From the NCBI GenBank assembly GCA_024679065.1, contig JAGIQG010000026.1, positions 35,960,001 through 36,024,000 on the forward strand: 64,000 nt of DNA, in the 5' to 3' direction. Of the stretch, positions 1 through 12,729 are shown piece by piece. The first letter of the stretch is position 1; each line of letters starts with the position of its first letter. Below the pieces are notes generated by a model. That model saw nothing but the letters and a program-made list of their open reading frames with translations. It did no database searches and had not been told where the DNA came from. This DNA comes from Sphyrna mokarran (Eukaryota). The translations under genes were made by a program, and so were the position numbers.

Positions 1-116
1 GCAGCAAAGAGGTTTAAAAAAGAGAATTACACAAAGCGATGAAGCAAGTTCACCCTGACACTGGCACCTCCTCCAAAGCCACGAGCATCATGAACTGCTT
101 TGTGGATAATATTTTT
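1..116 (+). pseudogene. Histone H2B pseudogene fragment
   Basis: 19-30 reads KENY, then after a frameshift 30-116 reads [29 protein letters not shown], matching H2B KESY...[29 protein letters not shown]; truncated after this point. Confidence 0.85.
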
Positions 117-1613
117 CCCCCAGCCCATTGCAACTGGATTTTTGAAATCAACGTTATTGCTACTATTGGTATTTAATTAGAATTGAACAAAAAGTTGGAG
201 GTTTTAATCCCATCACTACGTCCAGTTATCAAACACAAATGGGAGTGTACAGCAAAGAATTTCCACACCAGCACTGCCTTCTATCCACTCCTTGAACAAC
301 AGGTAGAATTCCTCAAAAAAAGGTAGTGTCCAAGCATCTGTAATGAGACCACAATGTCCATTATCTGAAGTTGTCATAAATGGTCCTGCTGAATGAGTGT
401 AGCAAGAGGATGAATTTGGCCACAGCAGGGTATTGATGTGGACAGGTTGGAATGACAATGGTGAGCTGATTGCAAAGAGAGAGAAAGCAACTTGTGGTTT
501 TTGTCTGAGCCATTTCTAGGCTGACTTCATCCATCATGAACATTCTGCAACACAAACAGCTACAAGAATAGAATGTACTGGCAAGTAAAATAAGGGCTTT
601 GTTTGTGACAGCATCAGGGACTAAGGAAAAAAAAAAGGACTTCCATGACCCAGTATGCAGAGGTTTTGGCAACATTTACAAAATTTGCCAAAAAAAAACA
701 AACAGTACTCAAAATTAAATGATGACTTTAGATCTAGGATTTGAGAACATAGGCCTGGAAGGATTTGGGTTTCAGGAGTAGGACTTCAAGCCTGCTTTAT
801 CATCCCACAAGATCAGGGCTGATCAGATTGTGGTCTCAACTCCATTTTACTGTCTCTCTTGTTACCCTCGACTTCCTTGTCCATTGGAACATTTAGCTTC
901 CAAAACTTAAGCTTCAGTTAAATATAAAAGGTAAGCTTCTCCTGGAAAATCATTTCTATCCAGAGCTTTTAACACCTGGACTAATCCCCTACCACGGGAT
1001 GGAGTGCTGCGGTGATTTTGAATGTTTCCAGCAGTCCAAGGGGCATAAGTGTCAAAGCGATCAGGGAACTTCAAAAGATTCCAGATGATAGAAAAATAAT
1101 GACTTGGAAAAGGCATCGGAATTCATCAGCTTGATACTGAACAGTCCTTTTCCCGGGGAAAGTGTAATTACTAGACCCCCAACCTTGGGGAACAGCCCTG
1201 ACATCAATCCTTTTTCCCCACCCAAGTTAAGATCCCTTGGGAGCTCCCCCACTCTTCGCAGATTGGCAGTGGGGTACATAGGCACAGTACTTGCCACTCT
1301 TTCCTCTCAGTGCCAAGCCAATGTGCAGTATAAGCTTGGCACTAGGGGTCCTGAGGGGTGGGGTGGATGGTGAGGGAGTTAGGTCACCCTCATGCCTGCA
1401 TGATCGGAGGGGGAGGGGGAAGGGGAAGCGACTTTTCAGTGATCCGGGGTGGGGGGGGGAATGCTCCATTGTGCTGAGGGTTTGGGATGTTTCCCTTGCC
1501 AGTTAGGGTTGCCATGTCTGTTATGGATGGAAGGGGTTCTGTCAGTATCATTTTGAAGGGCACCCTGATCTCTCAAGTTGGGCAAATCCCACTTTACAGG
1601 TCCTGCTAAACAC

Positions 1614-1759
1614 CCAGTATCACATTATCATAGAGTCAGGAAGAACAGATCTGGAGAAGACACAGATCAACTGGTGGTGGCTCCACATCAAAGCAGGAAA
1701 GCCCTCCCTGACATGGCATTTTGCAAGGGGAACTGACTGAGTCTAGTGTCGTGAAACAG
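1614..1759 (+). repeat. 146-bp direct duplicate of 3133-3278
   Basis: Aligns to 3133-3278 with 3 G/A mismatches and no indels. Confidence 0.95.
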
Positions 1760-2189
1760 GATGTGATGTCACTGGCTGGCCTATTCTGTATTGCCCTTGA
1801 GGGGGCAGTTAAAAATCAAATTTGAGACAAGATTAGGTAAGGATGGCAGATTTCCTTCCCCGAAGGACACAATAGTTTAATTCTAGATTTTTAAATTATG
1901 GAATTCAATTTTCACCATCTTGTCAGTGGGATTTGAACCTAGATCCCTACAGCTTTGCTCTGGTTCTCTGGATTTAGTTGGGTGACAATACCACAGCCTC
2001 TCCTAACTAGTCTATATTGCTTTGCAGATTCTCTCTACCTCCTTCTGACAACTTGCTTTCATCCTCATCTTGGCATCAAGAAATTTAGCATGCACTTGTA
2101 ATATGGTTAGTTTTATTTGTTCAACATTTTTTTTTTTTAAAAAAAAAAAAGAGTCAAGAATAAAGAAATATTACAAGCTTAAATGATAT

Positions 2190-2462
2190 CATGGGTGGCT
2201 AGCACTGCTGCCTCACAGCTTCAGGAACTTGGGTTCGAATCCTGGCTTTGGTCAATGTGTGTGGAGTTTACACACATTCTCCCCATGCTAGTGTGGGTTT
2301 CCTCCCAGTCCAAAGATGTGCCGGATAGATGCACTGGCCATGCTAAATTGCCCCTTAGTGCCTCAGGAAGCATAGATTTGGGGGGGGGGGGGGGGGGAAA
2401 CGTGGACTTAGAGATGGGCCTGGGTGGGATTGTGTTCAATGCAGACCTGATAGATGTAACGT
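2190..2462 (+). mobile_element. HE1-like tRNA-derived SINE
   Basis: GGCTAGCACTGCTGCCTCACAG...GGTTCGAATCC (A/B boxes) and V-SINE core TGTGTGGAGTTT-CAC-TTCTCCCC; poly-G in tail. Confidence 0.85.
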
Positions 2463-3039
2463 AGAAACCTATCACTCAGATGATTGTGGATTTAGGCACC
2501 ATGATAGATCTAAAATACAAACTTGATTTGATACCTTACTGTTGTGCTGCAATGTTGCAACTGAAGAAACAGCACTCAGACAAGAGGTCCCAGTCTGCAT
2601 GTTCAAATGGATGTAAATCACTAATATTGAAAGAAAAAAGGAACTTGTGGCTATCATTTATTGCTCAACAGATTCCAAGAATCAACTGTTTACTGGATTC
2701 TCATCACTTGGGAGGAAACTTGCTGTGCCAAGTTTTGCTACACTTTAATCTAAAGTTGCCATTGCAGTTGGTCTGTGATGCCTAATCTTATGGAGCTGGT
2801 GTATTATTGTCACATACATTGCCCAGAAGATCCACACTTTTGCATCAAGGTCCTTGACAAAAGCAGGAAAGATAAGCCCAGGTCAAGAAGTATTGTATTT
2901 GGGATGAAAAAAATCTTTTTTTTTTTAAAAAAGAAAGGCAACCTGCATTCTGTGCTATTAACTGCTCACAGGAGTTACACTATTCACAGGAACAGTGTTT
3001 ATGGCAGCTGCACAGTTACAACAATGGCACAATTTTAGC

Positions 3040-3708
3040 AGTACACTATGACTTATGCTGTAGATAATCTGAACAACATGGCAATGTGGGGGAGAAAGAA
3101 AATGGGTTCCTGCAGTGATGGCCCAGACAGGGCCAGTATCACATTATCATAGAATCAGGAAGAACAGATCTGGAGAAGACACAGATCAACTGGTGGTGGC
3201 TCCACATCAAAGCAGGAAAGCCCTCCCTGACATAGCATTTTGCAAGGGGAACTGACTGAGTCTAGTGTCATGAAACAGAGGAAGTTCTGACCAGAGATGA
3301 AATGTCAGAAGAAGCTACTGATGACAGTAACCAGGTTAGAGCGCAAGATTGCATTTCCAGAAGTGCTCAGAGAAGAACACCCGAGAACAAGAAAGTGGCA
3401 ATGAGGTTATCATGGAACCATCATCCTCTAGATGGACTGATTATGCTCATGTAGATCTTGTAATGGATATTGATGCTTATGTTCAGTATATAATTGTGTT
3501 TAAAAAAGTTATGAGGGAGCATTGAAGTAAGAGAGGAAGTGTGTTGTGCATGTTGGGGCATGCCCCTTTAAGAGAGCAGGTCAAGTAACCCAAGTTCTAC
3601 CTTGGGTAGGGCTTGTCTGGACAGTCTTGTGCAATAAACTGTTCTGTCAGTTTGTTATTACTGACCTCGATCTTCAATAATTTTCAGTATCAAACCTCAA
3701 ACACAATA
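3040..3708 (+). mobile_element. Gypsy LTR retrotransposon 3' remnant (integrase tail, probable LTR)
   Basis: Frameshifted KWVPAV..QTGPVS..IWRRH.DQL integrase C-terminal motif at ~3100-3190; purine tract ~3502-3520; AATAAA at 3633. Confidence 0.6.
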
Positions 3709-3989
3709 GGGCCAAGTAGGGACTATGCCAGGGGACCCATTGGAAGACTCCCAATGCTGGCGATCTTCAAGAAATGATGGGTAAATATGCCACTGTTGGC
3801 TTGGTTGGGTGGAGGTCAATGAGAAGGAAGAAGGGCAGAAGTGCACTGAGATTCCAAATGGTGTCCAATAACTTTGCAGCTGGGTTTATGTCCCTCACCC
3901 CCAGGAGGCAGTGCTGTCTGGACCATATTGGATCACTCCAGTTTTTACTGTTATGACACTTGGTAATTTAAATTCTGTCTAGAGAATGG

Positions 3990-4800
3990 TCAGCAGGTCT
4001 GGTCACATCCATAGGAGAGAAAACAGTTAATGTTTTGAATCTGTCCCTTCAATTGGGACTAAGGAAAAAAAATGTTAGATATTATATTGTAGGTGGGAAA
4101 GTGATTGCAATAAATATGTAGTAAACCGACAGAGGCTGGTATTTGCTGGGGGAGATGCTTTTAGATGGAGATTTAAAAAGTGATTAAAAAGCATAAAGAT
4201 GGAGGCGCAAAGTCTAAAATCATTAAGCTCAATGTCGAGTGCTGTAATGTGTCTAGTTAGAAGATGAGATGCTGCTTCCAGTTTGTGTTGGGCTTTGCAG
4301 CAGACCAAGGACAGACATGTTGAGATGAGAGCAAGATACCAAGTTAAAATGGCAAGCAACACGTGGAGATGCCAGCATTAGACTGGGGTAAACACAGTAA
4401 GAAGTCTCATAACACCAGGTTAAAGTCCAATTTATTTGATTGTAAACTCATAAGCCCCAAAAGCAACAAGATGGTCAGGGTCTTGCCTGTAGACTGAATG
4501 AAGGTGTACCATCAAGTGTCACCCAGTTTGCATTTCATCTCCCCAATGTAGGAGAGACCACATGGGAGCAGGGAATCCATCAAGGAAGTGCAAGTGAACT
4601 GCTACTTAACCTGGGTCTTTAATGGTGAGGAAGGAAAAAAAGTAAAGGGAGAAATGATGCACCTTCTATGGTAAGGAAAGTGCCTTGGGAAAGAGACAGG
4701 GAGTTGGGAGTGAAACAGTATCATTAAAGGAGTGGTTCCTCTGGAATGCTGATTGGGCTTTAGGAAGTGTGGAAAAAGGTGTGTTTAGTGGTGGTATCAC
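3990..4800 (-). mobile_element. Penelope-like element fragments
   Basis: Minus-strand GLSYIGEMKCKLGD (GIY-YIG-like) near 4520-4570; PLE terminal motif AAGTCTCATAACACCAGGTTAAAGTCCAA at ~4402-4430. Confidence 0.6.
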
Positions 4801-5787
4801 AATGGATGCATATTCTTCCTTAATGTTTACAGTTCAGTTCTTAAGAAGAATACATCCTTCACGGTGGTGAAAATGAAGAATGTAAATTATGCAGAACTCA
4901 GATCTATGTGGTCTCTACTCCATGTGCAATACATTGGGCAGAGTGCATTCTACCATTACTACTTGTGATCAGCTTTTGGACGTGGCTGGAATTATTGAGG
5001 CTATCCTGGATTTTTGGTCACTCCATTTTCTTTAGGTCCAGTGAAAGTCACTCCTGATGAGATGGCACAGGTTTCCATTCTCATTCTTCTACAAACAACT
5101 CTGAAGCTCATTAATTACATTACAGTGCAGGTTATATTCTGGGGAAACATGGACAAATGGGAACACAGACTTCAGAAAGAATAGATAGGTAATTTTGCTA
5201 GGATGAAAACCCTTTGCCAGCATTGCCAGAGAAATATTTGTTATCCTGCTTTCCCCTCAGATTTATTTCATGAGCCTTGTTTACAAGGTAGAATTAGTGG
5301 AAGGTCAATACACAGATTAACAAAAGGTATCAAAGTAGACAAACAATAAATCTGCCAAAACAAATTTTGTGGGGCCTGACCTGCTGGTCACCAAGTAATT
5401 TATCATCTGTGTCCTTGTATTACTAATTGTAATAACATTCTGCTAATTATTAACTAGATGTGGCACAGTATGCCTGGCTTATCAGCAGAGCTCTATTATG
5501 TACTCAAATATTTTTTTTAAAGTAGTGAGTATCTAACATCTAACCAACATTAAGATTTTCAAAACTGAGTCTCTTAATTGGTAAGACAAGTTAGTGAGCA
5601 TTGAAATGGTGGATGAATGGATTTGATGCTTCCTTGGACAATTGTGGAAGATACAGAAGACTATGACCATTACCAACATTCTGCAATAGACTTGTCTTTT
5701 CAACTGTCAATTGCTTCCTGAATCCTTTGATGGTCCGTAGAACTGGTGATGCCAAGAACAGGGAATATTAGGTAGTCTTCACCTACG

Positions 5788-6075
5788 AGCAGCACAGTGA
5801 TTAGCACTGCTGCTTCACAACTCTAAGGACCTGGGTTCAATTCCTGGCTCAGGTCACTGTCTGTGTGGAGTTTGCACATTCTCTTCACATCTGTGTGGGT
5901 TTCCTCCCACACTCCAAAGATGTGCAGGTTAGGTTGATTGGCCATGCTAAAAAATTGCCCCTTAATATACCCACTAACCTAAGCACCCCAGGATACTATG
6001 TAGGGATATAGGGGTAGAATTGTGGTAGGTGCAGACTTGATGGGCTGAAGGGTCTCCTTCTGCACTGTAGGGATT
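5788..6075 (+). mobile_element. HE1-like SINE
   Basis: tRNA-like head plus V-SINE core plus CR1-like tail. Confidence 0.85.
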
Positions 6076-9000
6076 ATAAGACCATCAAGTAGCCAAATCG
6101 TGTCTTGCCCTTGGAGTTTGAAAGAGCAGAGGTATTAGACCATTCTTAAGCTTTCTGGTATTGAGGAAACATGATCTTTACAATCACCTCTATAGTTTTG
6201 CATTGAGACAACTCATACATGCATCTTTAGACTCATCCAAATCAGGTGTTCACTACTGAATTGGCTGGAAGATGCAAATGATTTAGGAAGGACTAGTGAC
6301 ACCATCCCATTTTGAACAAACTGGAATGTTTGAAAACCAAAGCTTCTTCCTCAAGCTCTCCCTTCCAGGAGATATATCACACAATAGGTGGGATTCTCAT
6401 CTGTCCCTGCCCCCTAAGGATTTGGCACTCAGCCAAAACCCCATCCACAAACAAGATTGGAATTTTTGGCACACGTTCAATATCCCATTCACTTTTGGTA
6501 AGGAGCTGGAAGACCCTGATAAAAATCTGTGCCCAACAACCCATTAATCTTAGGCCTTGGTTACTCACTATGCCACTACAGAAACTGATCATAAAATTTC
6601 CTCTTGGAGCCAAGGTCAAAAAAAATTCCTACAATTGAAAAAACGGTACATTTCCAAACTCTGTAGTGTTATTAAGCCTAACAGCAGCTGTAAAAAAATG
6701 TATAGAAATGTCAAGTTAAAACAAAGTGTGGAATGGAGCCTCTGTTGATGTTGCATTAGGTTTTGCACAAAATATTCCTCCTTGGGGAGGACATGTTGAT
6801 GTGGATCTTAGTAGAAGCATTAAGCAGCTAGTGAAAATGAGTGTGGAACCCTTTCCCTATCCAGCCATTGAACTCAGGAGGAGAAAGTCAAATTGAAAGG
6901 AAACACCAACATGTGGAAGGCTTGCCTTAATCCAAGGGCTGCTGCACTGTCAAGAGGCATGGCTTTCTTTGGAGGTACATAGAACAGAGGGCCTGTTGAC
7001 AATCAGATACTGTGAAGAAAAAAGTTACCATTTACAAATTAAACAGAGTTCTGGCAGCATCTTGGCTAATATTTCCAAATTTGATCACTCATCTTATTTG
7101 CTGTTTGTGGTATGTTGTTAAGTGCAATTTGTCAACTGTATACTTAGGACTGTGCTCCAAAGATAGTCCACTGGTTGTGCAGCATAAAGCTCTATACAAG
7201 AGCAAGTTTATTTAGTTGCCATGGGGTGGGATTTTATGGCCTCCCGTCATCCAGAAACTGTAAAGTCCCACCTGACGTCAATGGATCTTCTCATCGTCTT
7301 CCCCTAGCAAATGGGGAGGGGGACATTCTGGTCTAAATTGAGTATTGGGAACTGGAAATACTGTTTAAAAAAAGCAATAACCAGCATCTTTCCCATCCAA
7401 ATCAAAACAAAAAATTCTATACAATAAATATCTCATTATGAATCCTAGCATGATAGACATTAAAAGTCTGCTATTTTACAATCAGACTGGATCACTTTTC
7501 TTTAGTAAGACTTGCCCCTTCTGTTAATTTCCAATCATTATATGTTGAGGAAGTCTAGCCTGTACCTTTTTAAAAGGAAAACCAGGTTTATTTCCAAAAC
7601 AAAGTAACAGACTCTCCCAGAATGAGCTGGTTTATATACTTTCACAATTATTTCAATCCTTCCCCAACTTTACACGCAAATTTAAAGGATATTCTATTGC
7701 ACAAGCTCCCAGCACCTATCCAGTATTCAGTGATTTTGAATATTTATACCAATGCTCTTGCAATTCTTATGATGCATTTAAAGTAATATAAATGAGGACT
7801 TTGTTTATCCAAATGTGCATAATTGTACTGCAACTGTGCTGCTAATGAGTAGTTTTGCAACATACCTCTGAATGATCCTTCGTTCCCATTCACTGTCAAA
7901 TAAACCGTTGTCATTTCTTTGTGTACAGGCATACTGAACAATGAGAAATTTCACTTTAAAGATGGCTGGAGGATTTCAATTCAGTCACTAACTGCATTGC
8001 AAATGGGGTGATCTCATCATCTCCAGGCAAGGACACAAAAAGCCTCAAACTAATACTGAAACAATTGCCATTTCCTGTGGAGATAATGGAATCCAATCAT
8101 ATCCTGCAAGTAACACCCCAGATTGGTTTTTGCCTACCAAGAATATACAAAGACTGGAAATTTCAGGGTCTATTGAGTTAGAACGCAGGAGGTTTGAGAC
8201 CATTTAGTATGGAATTCTTCAAGAATTCCATTTTCCTCTGACTATTGCATGGAATTGGCTACCCAGTTTTCCCCACCAACAGTGGCCGCACCTCAAAAAT
8301 AACTAATTTGTGATGAAACCTTTGGGACATCCAGAAGGTGTGATGTTGTAAATGCTGTTTTTTTTTGTTTGTCGTTGGGAAGGCAAAATACAGCTGTAGC
8401 CTCAATGTAACAGTTACCCATGAGACTCCGTGTCACATCTAGTACCACATAAAAGAATTGAATATTTAAACAGGCTGTGTACACAGTGAAGTTACAGCAG
8501 GGTTAGTACAGTTAATATAGAGCAAGAACACAAAACACACTGAAAACAGTATGCACTGAACAACTGAGGCAGGCTTAGGGGTCAGCAACCCATCAGGAAT
8601 CGAAATTAATCCCCAGGTCACTGCTGTATGCAGTAGAACATAATTCAGTATCAATAAAAATGGTATTTCTTCATTTTATTACTTGGGCTAGTACACTCAA
8701 GTCATTAGTCTGACACTGCTTCATACATGAAGGTTTTAGCATGTTTGAAAGATTAATTAACCTGCTTGTTAAAATAAGAGCCAAAACATCATTAATGAGC
8801 AAACGTTGTATAGTGCAGTAACACTGCCTCCAATTCTGTTCTGCACAGTCTAAGATTGCATGATGTATACATCCAGAGGACATTGTTGCATAGCCACATT
8901 CCTCTGCAGTTTGTTTGGAACATTGCATTGGGTGCAAATCCTGAACTTGAGAGATATAGTGTAAGAGGCAACAGTGAATCATCAGTCCATTTTGCACCTC

Positions 9001-9559
9001 TTCCAACTTTTAAACTTATTGGTAGCAATGTAAAGCTTGCTTCTTTTTAAAAAGAGTTGTTTTACTCTATTAGACAAAGCCAAGACCTAGCTAGCATGCC
9101 GTAGGCTAATGTGCAAGTAACTTGGCACAAAAAGTCTTTTTCTGCACCTATCCTGGCACTGGGCTTGAACTAGATTCAGCTGAACTACATAATGAGTAGA
9201 ATAAGGGAACCAAATTCAATGCAACTTTAAATTCTGCCTGTTCAACTGAGCAGGCAATTTTGACTTATTGTCACAAGTATTTTTTTTTTTTTGCATGCTA
9301 TACAAAGAAAGCATACCATTCATACAGAAGGGAAAGAGTGCAGAATGTAGTGTTATGGTCATAGCTAATGTTTGAGAAAGATCAGCTTAATGCAAGGTAG
9401 GTCCATTGAAAAGTTTGATGGCAGCACTGAAGATTCTCCTGTAGACAGTTTGAGTTCTTCAGGCTTCTCGATCTGCTGCCATAACTTTGATAGAATTCCC
9501 AAACAAGCTTTCTGCTGAATTTCTAAAAGGTATAGTGGTTGAGAGGGTATGATCATTTC

Positions 9560-10150
9560 CTTGCTCCTTATTGTTGACTATCCCTCAATGATGTCCAGGG
9601 TCATGGGTTTCTTCCATGGGTCTTCAGGTGACTGAACAGGCTGAGATTTGCAGAGCTTTGGGCACAATCAGGCTAGACACCCCACTAAATAGCAGGACCC
9701 AGAATACAAGATTTGCTTCTTTTTCTGCCTCATCATTAAGACTTGTAGCTTGATGGACAAGTGATTGCAGTTCTGAATGTTTGTGTTGTCATGCTTCAAG
9801 ACTAGCTTCAGAGTGTCTTTGAGGCATTTTCTTGGTCTTCCCTGGGACATTGGCCCTGTAGAGTTCCAAGAATAGGACTGGGTTGGGTATGGGTTGAGAT
9901 TTTCTGATCTCCAGTGCTGTGGTTCATTTTAGACAAGAGAACAATTGTGAAAAGAAAGTTAACATTTGTGTACACATGTTTGGAGATCATGTGGAAGTGT
10001 CAATGATACTGAGCCATAGATTGAGAATTTTAATTTTCCTTTCACCAAGCTACTCCCAATGTTATACTTCAATGATCTCATTGAAACTATGTCAGGAGAG
10101 TGGAACAACCATACAAAATGTTGCCCCAAGATATTCAGCACTCAAAATGA
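9560..10150 (-). mobile_element. RTE-clade LINE 3' fragment
   Basis: SQGRPRKCLKDTLKLVLK, the typical RTE ORF C-terminus. Confidence 0.7.
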
Positions 10151-11484
10151 TTTGCAGAATGGTCCCAATTTTAAATTCTGAAGAATCTCAGACTCAAAAC
10201 ATTCTCTGTTCTCTCTCTCTATGGATGCTGGAAAAGCTCTGGCAGCATCCATAGTATTTTTCTTTTGCTACTCAATTTGAATTCTCATCTAACAGAAACT
10301 GACTTGGGACAATTAAAATGAAGGAAATGACCTGCCTCCCCCACCCCACCCCACAAGATGCTGAAGTCATCATTTGCTATTTTAGTTAGAGATACAAGTA
10401 GAACAGGAGTGATGACTTCTCTATCTGGTCAGAGTGCTTATCAAACAGCTAGGGACTGATCCTACGGACCCCCTCAATTGCAGCTTTTTGCAAGCAACCC
10501 AGCAGGGTATGAGGAAGAATGCAGTGTAATGAAATCTGAAATAGAAACCAAAAATACTCAGCAGCATCTGAGGAGAGAGAAACAGAGCCAAAATGTCACT
10601 GATCTTTCATCCTCAGTAATGTTGCCTCCCTCCAGAGATACTGCCAGATCTGCTACTTCCAGCATTTTTGATTTTTATTTCAAACCTCCAACAACTGTAG
10701 TATTTTGCTTTTGTAACAAGGCTGCATTGCAGGTATCCCAGGTTCACCACTCACATTTGGGATTTGCATGCCATGTGCTCTACCTGCCCTTTAGAATCAA
10801 GGCTAATGATTGTAGTGGGTAACAAAATCCATGGGGCAGTAACACAATGTCAAAGACTTCTCATTGTAACTAAGAAGGAAGCAAATAATACACAGGCTGC
10901 AGACATCTTGTTCACCCAGCCAGTCTAGTTCTAAGTTTTAATTTGTGAGCAGAGAATGTATATTGATAGACAGATCATCTTTAATGCCAACAAAAACCCA
11001 AGACATAGGATTAGGGGAAAAAACCAATCAAGGTTAGAAAGGAGGAAAGGCAAGTGATAACAAATTTAAGAAAGATTGAGAGAATATTAAAGGAATTTGA
11101 GAGAATGGGACTCAGGCTGAAGGTTTTCCCACCAATGGGCTTTGCAGGAGTGATATACAGAAGAGTGTTAGTGAGCAGTTGTACCACTGATTAGGTGCCT
11201 CAGCACCTCGTGTTTTTAACTAGTTGACTCACAATGATATCCTACTTGATTTTTCCTAAAGATTATTGCATTGAGTTTGCTATGAAATCAAGACATTTTG
11301 CATGTGAAAATGAGATGAAAGCCACTATTTTAAACAAAACAATTTCCATCTGTGGACTTGATTTTAATATTTTATAGTAAGTAGCACTAGGTTGAAGTCC
11401 AACAAGTTTATTTGTTAATACCAACTTTGAGCACTGCCCCTTCACCAGGTGAAGATTTGAGTGTTAGCTTTATGAAAGTTGGAA

Positions 11485-11720
11485 CCATAGGAATTCCTAT
11501 ACTGCAGAAAGAGGCCATTCAACCCATTGAATCTGCACCAACCCTCCGAAAGTGCACTCTACCCAGCGGCTTACACTCCTCCACCCTATCCTCAATCCCA
11601 CACATTTTAACACTGCTAATCCACCTAACCTATAGGTCTTTTGGATTGTGGGAGGAAACTCGGACATAGGGAGAATGTGTGGAGTTTGCACAGTCACCCA
11701 AGGCTAGAATTGAACCATCT
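11485..11720 (-). mobile_element. HE1-like SINE
   Basis: Reverse complement of SINE core and tail (GAGGCCATTC...CCACCTAACCT...GTGGGAGGAAAC). Confidence 0.75.
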
Positions 11721-12389
11721 GATAACTGTTAGGTAGGCAATAACTTAAATAGGACAGTTAACCCTATTCATCTGATAGGAATAGGATGAAGGGGGATTAA
11801 AATTGCAATCATGTCATTTTCACAATAACTTTGTTATTGCTTTCAGGAAGTTGCTCACCATAGACAAGTGTGGGTTAATATCTAAAAGCTTGGCATGGTT
11901 TTTGATGATCTTTATCCAACTTGAATTCTTGTCTTGAAACTCAACCCAGGATTGCTATGTTCAGACGTTTGTAAAATGAAAGGTCAAACACAGCTGCTCC
12001 AAAAGATGCAACCCATTATACTTACTCAGAATTGCACTGGGATAGCAACCTACATTTGTGCATTGTTGAGTGGGATTACAATTGTTAACTTTCTGACTCA
12101 GGTTCGAGTATTGTGACTGCTTCAGGGATTATCTATAAAATGTTAGGATTCCAATCACTGACATGCAAGGAGGCCAACATTCCTTGGTGAAGCATTGTTA
12201 TGCTCCACCAAGATTAACTGGCATTTCATCTGTATAGTACTTTGCATACATTAATGACTGTTTGCACAGGCAAATTCAGTTACTTGGGACATTTTGATAG
12301 TATAAATGAAAGCTCTTTACTTATTAACAAGATTCAAGACAAAAAACTTTGCTCAGGCAAACGGCCATGTTGTGTTATCAAGCAGGAAT

Positions 12390-12650
12390 GATGTGACTTT
12401 AAAAACAGGCAAGGAGACATATGGGATGCTTGCCTTTATTAGCCAAGGCATAGAGTACAAGAGCAGGGATTTTATGATGGAGCATATAAAATACTCATTA
12501 GGCTGCAACTATATAGTGCGCGCAGTTCTGGTCACCACGCTATAGAAAGCGTGCGATTACACTAGAAAGATTGCAGAGGAGATTCACTAGGAAGTTGCCT
12601 GGACTGTTATGTTTCAGCTATGAAAAAGATGTTGGTTAAGCTCAGCAACT
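12390..12650 (+). mobile_element. CR1 LINE ORF2 3' fragment
   Basis: YGMLAFISQGIEYKSRD motif. Confidence 0.75.
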
Positions 12651-12729
12651 TCCTCTGGATCCTTTCTATAGTGTACTTGGAAAGGTTAGTCATGGTGCAA
12701 TTCAATTCCTGCCTGGATCCACTACTGCT

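Noticed and set aside
216-675. Minus-strand ORFs after a strong polypyrimidine acceptor near 621, considered as a CDO1 exon
   Set aside because: No frame resembles CDO1 exon 2 (YTRNLVD..WGEGHGS) or any protein I recognise.
6296-6640. Overlapping 80-108 aa ORFs on both strands
   Set aside because: No recognisable motifs or donor site; consistent with chance.
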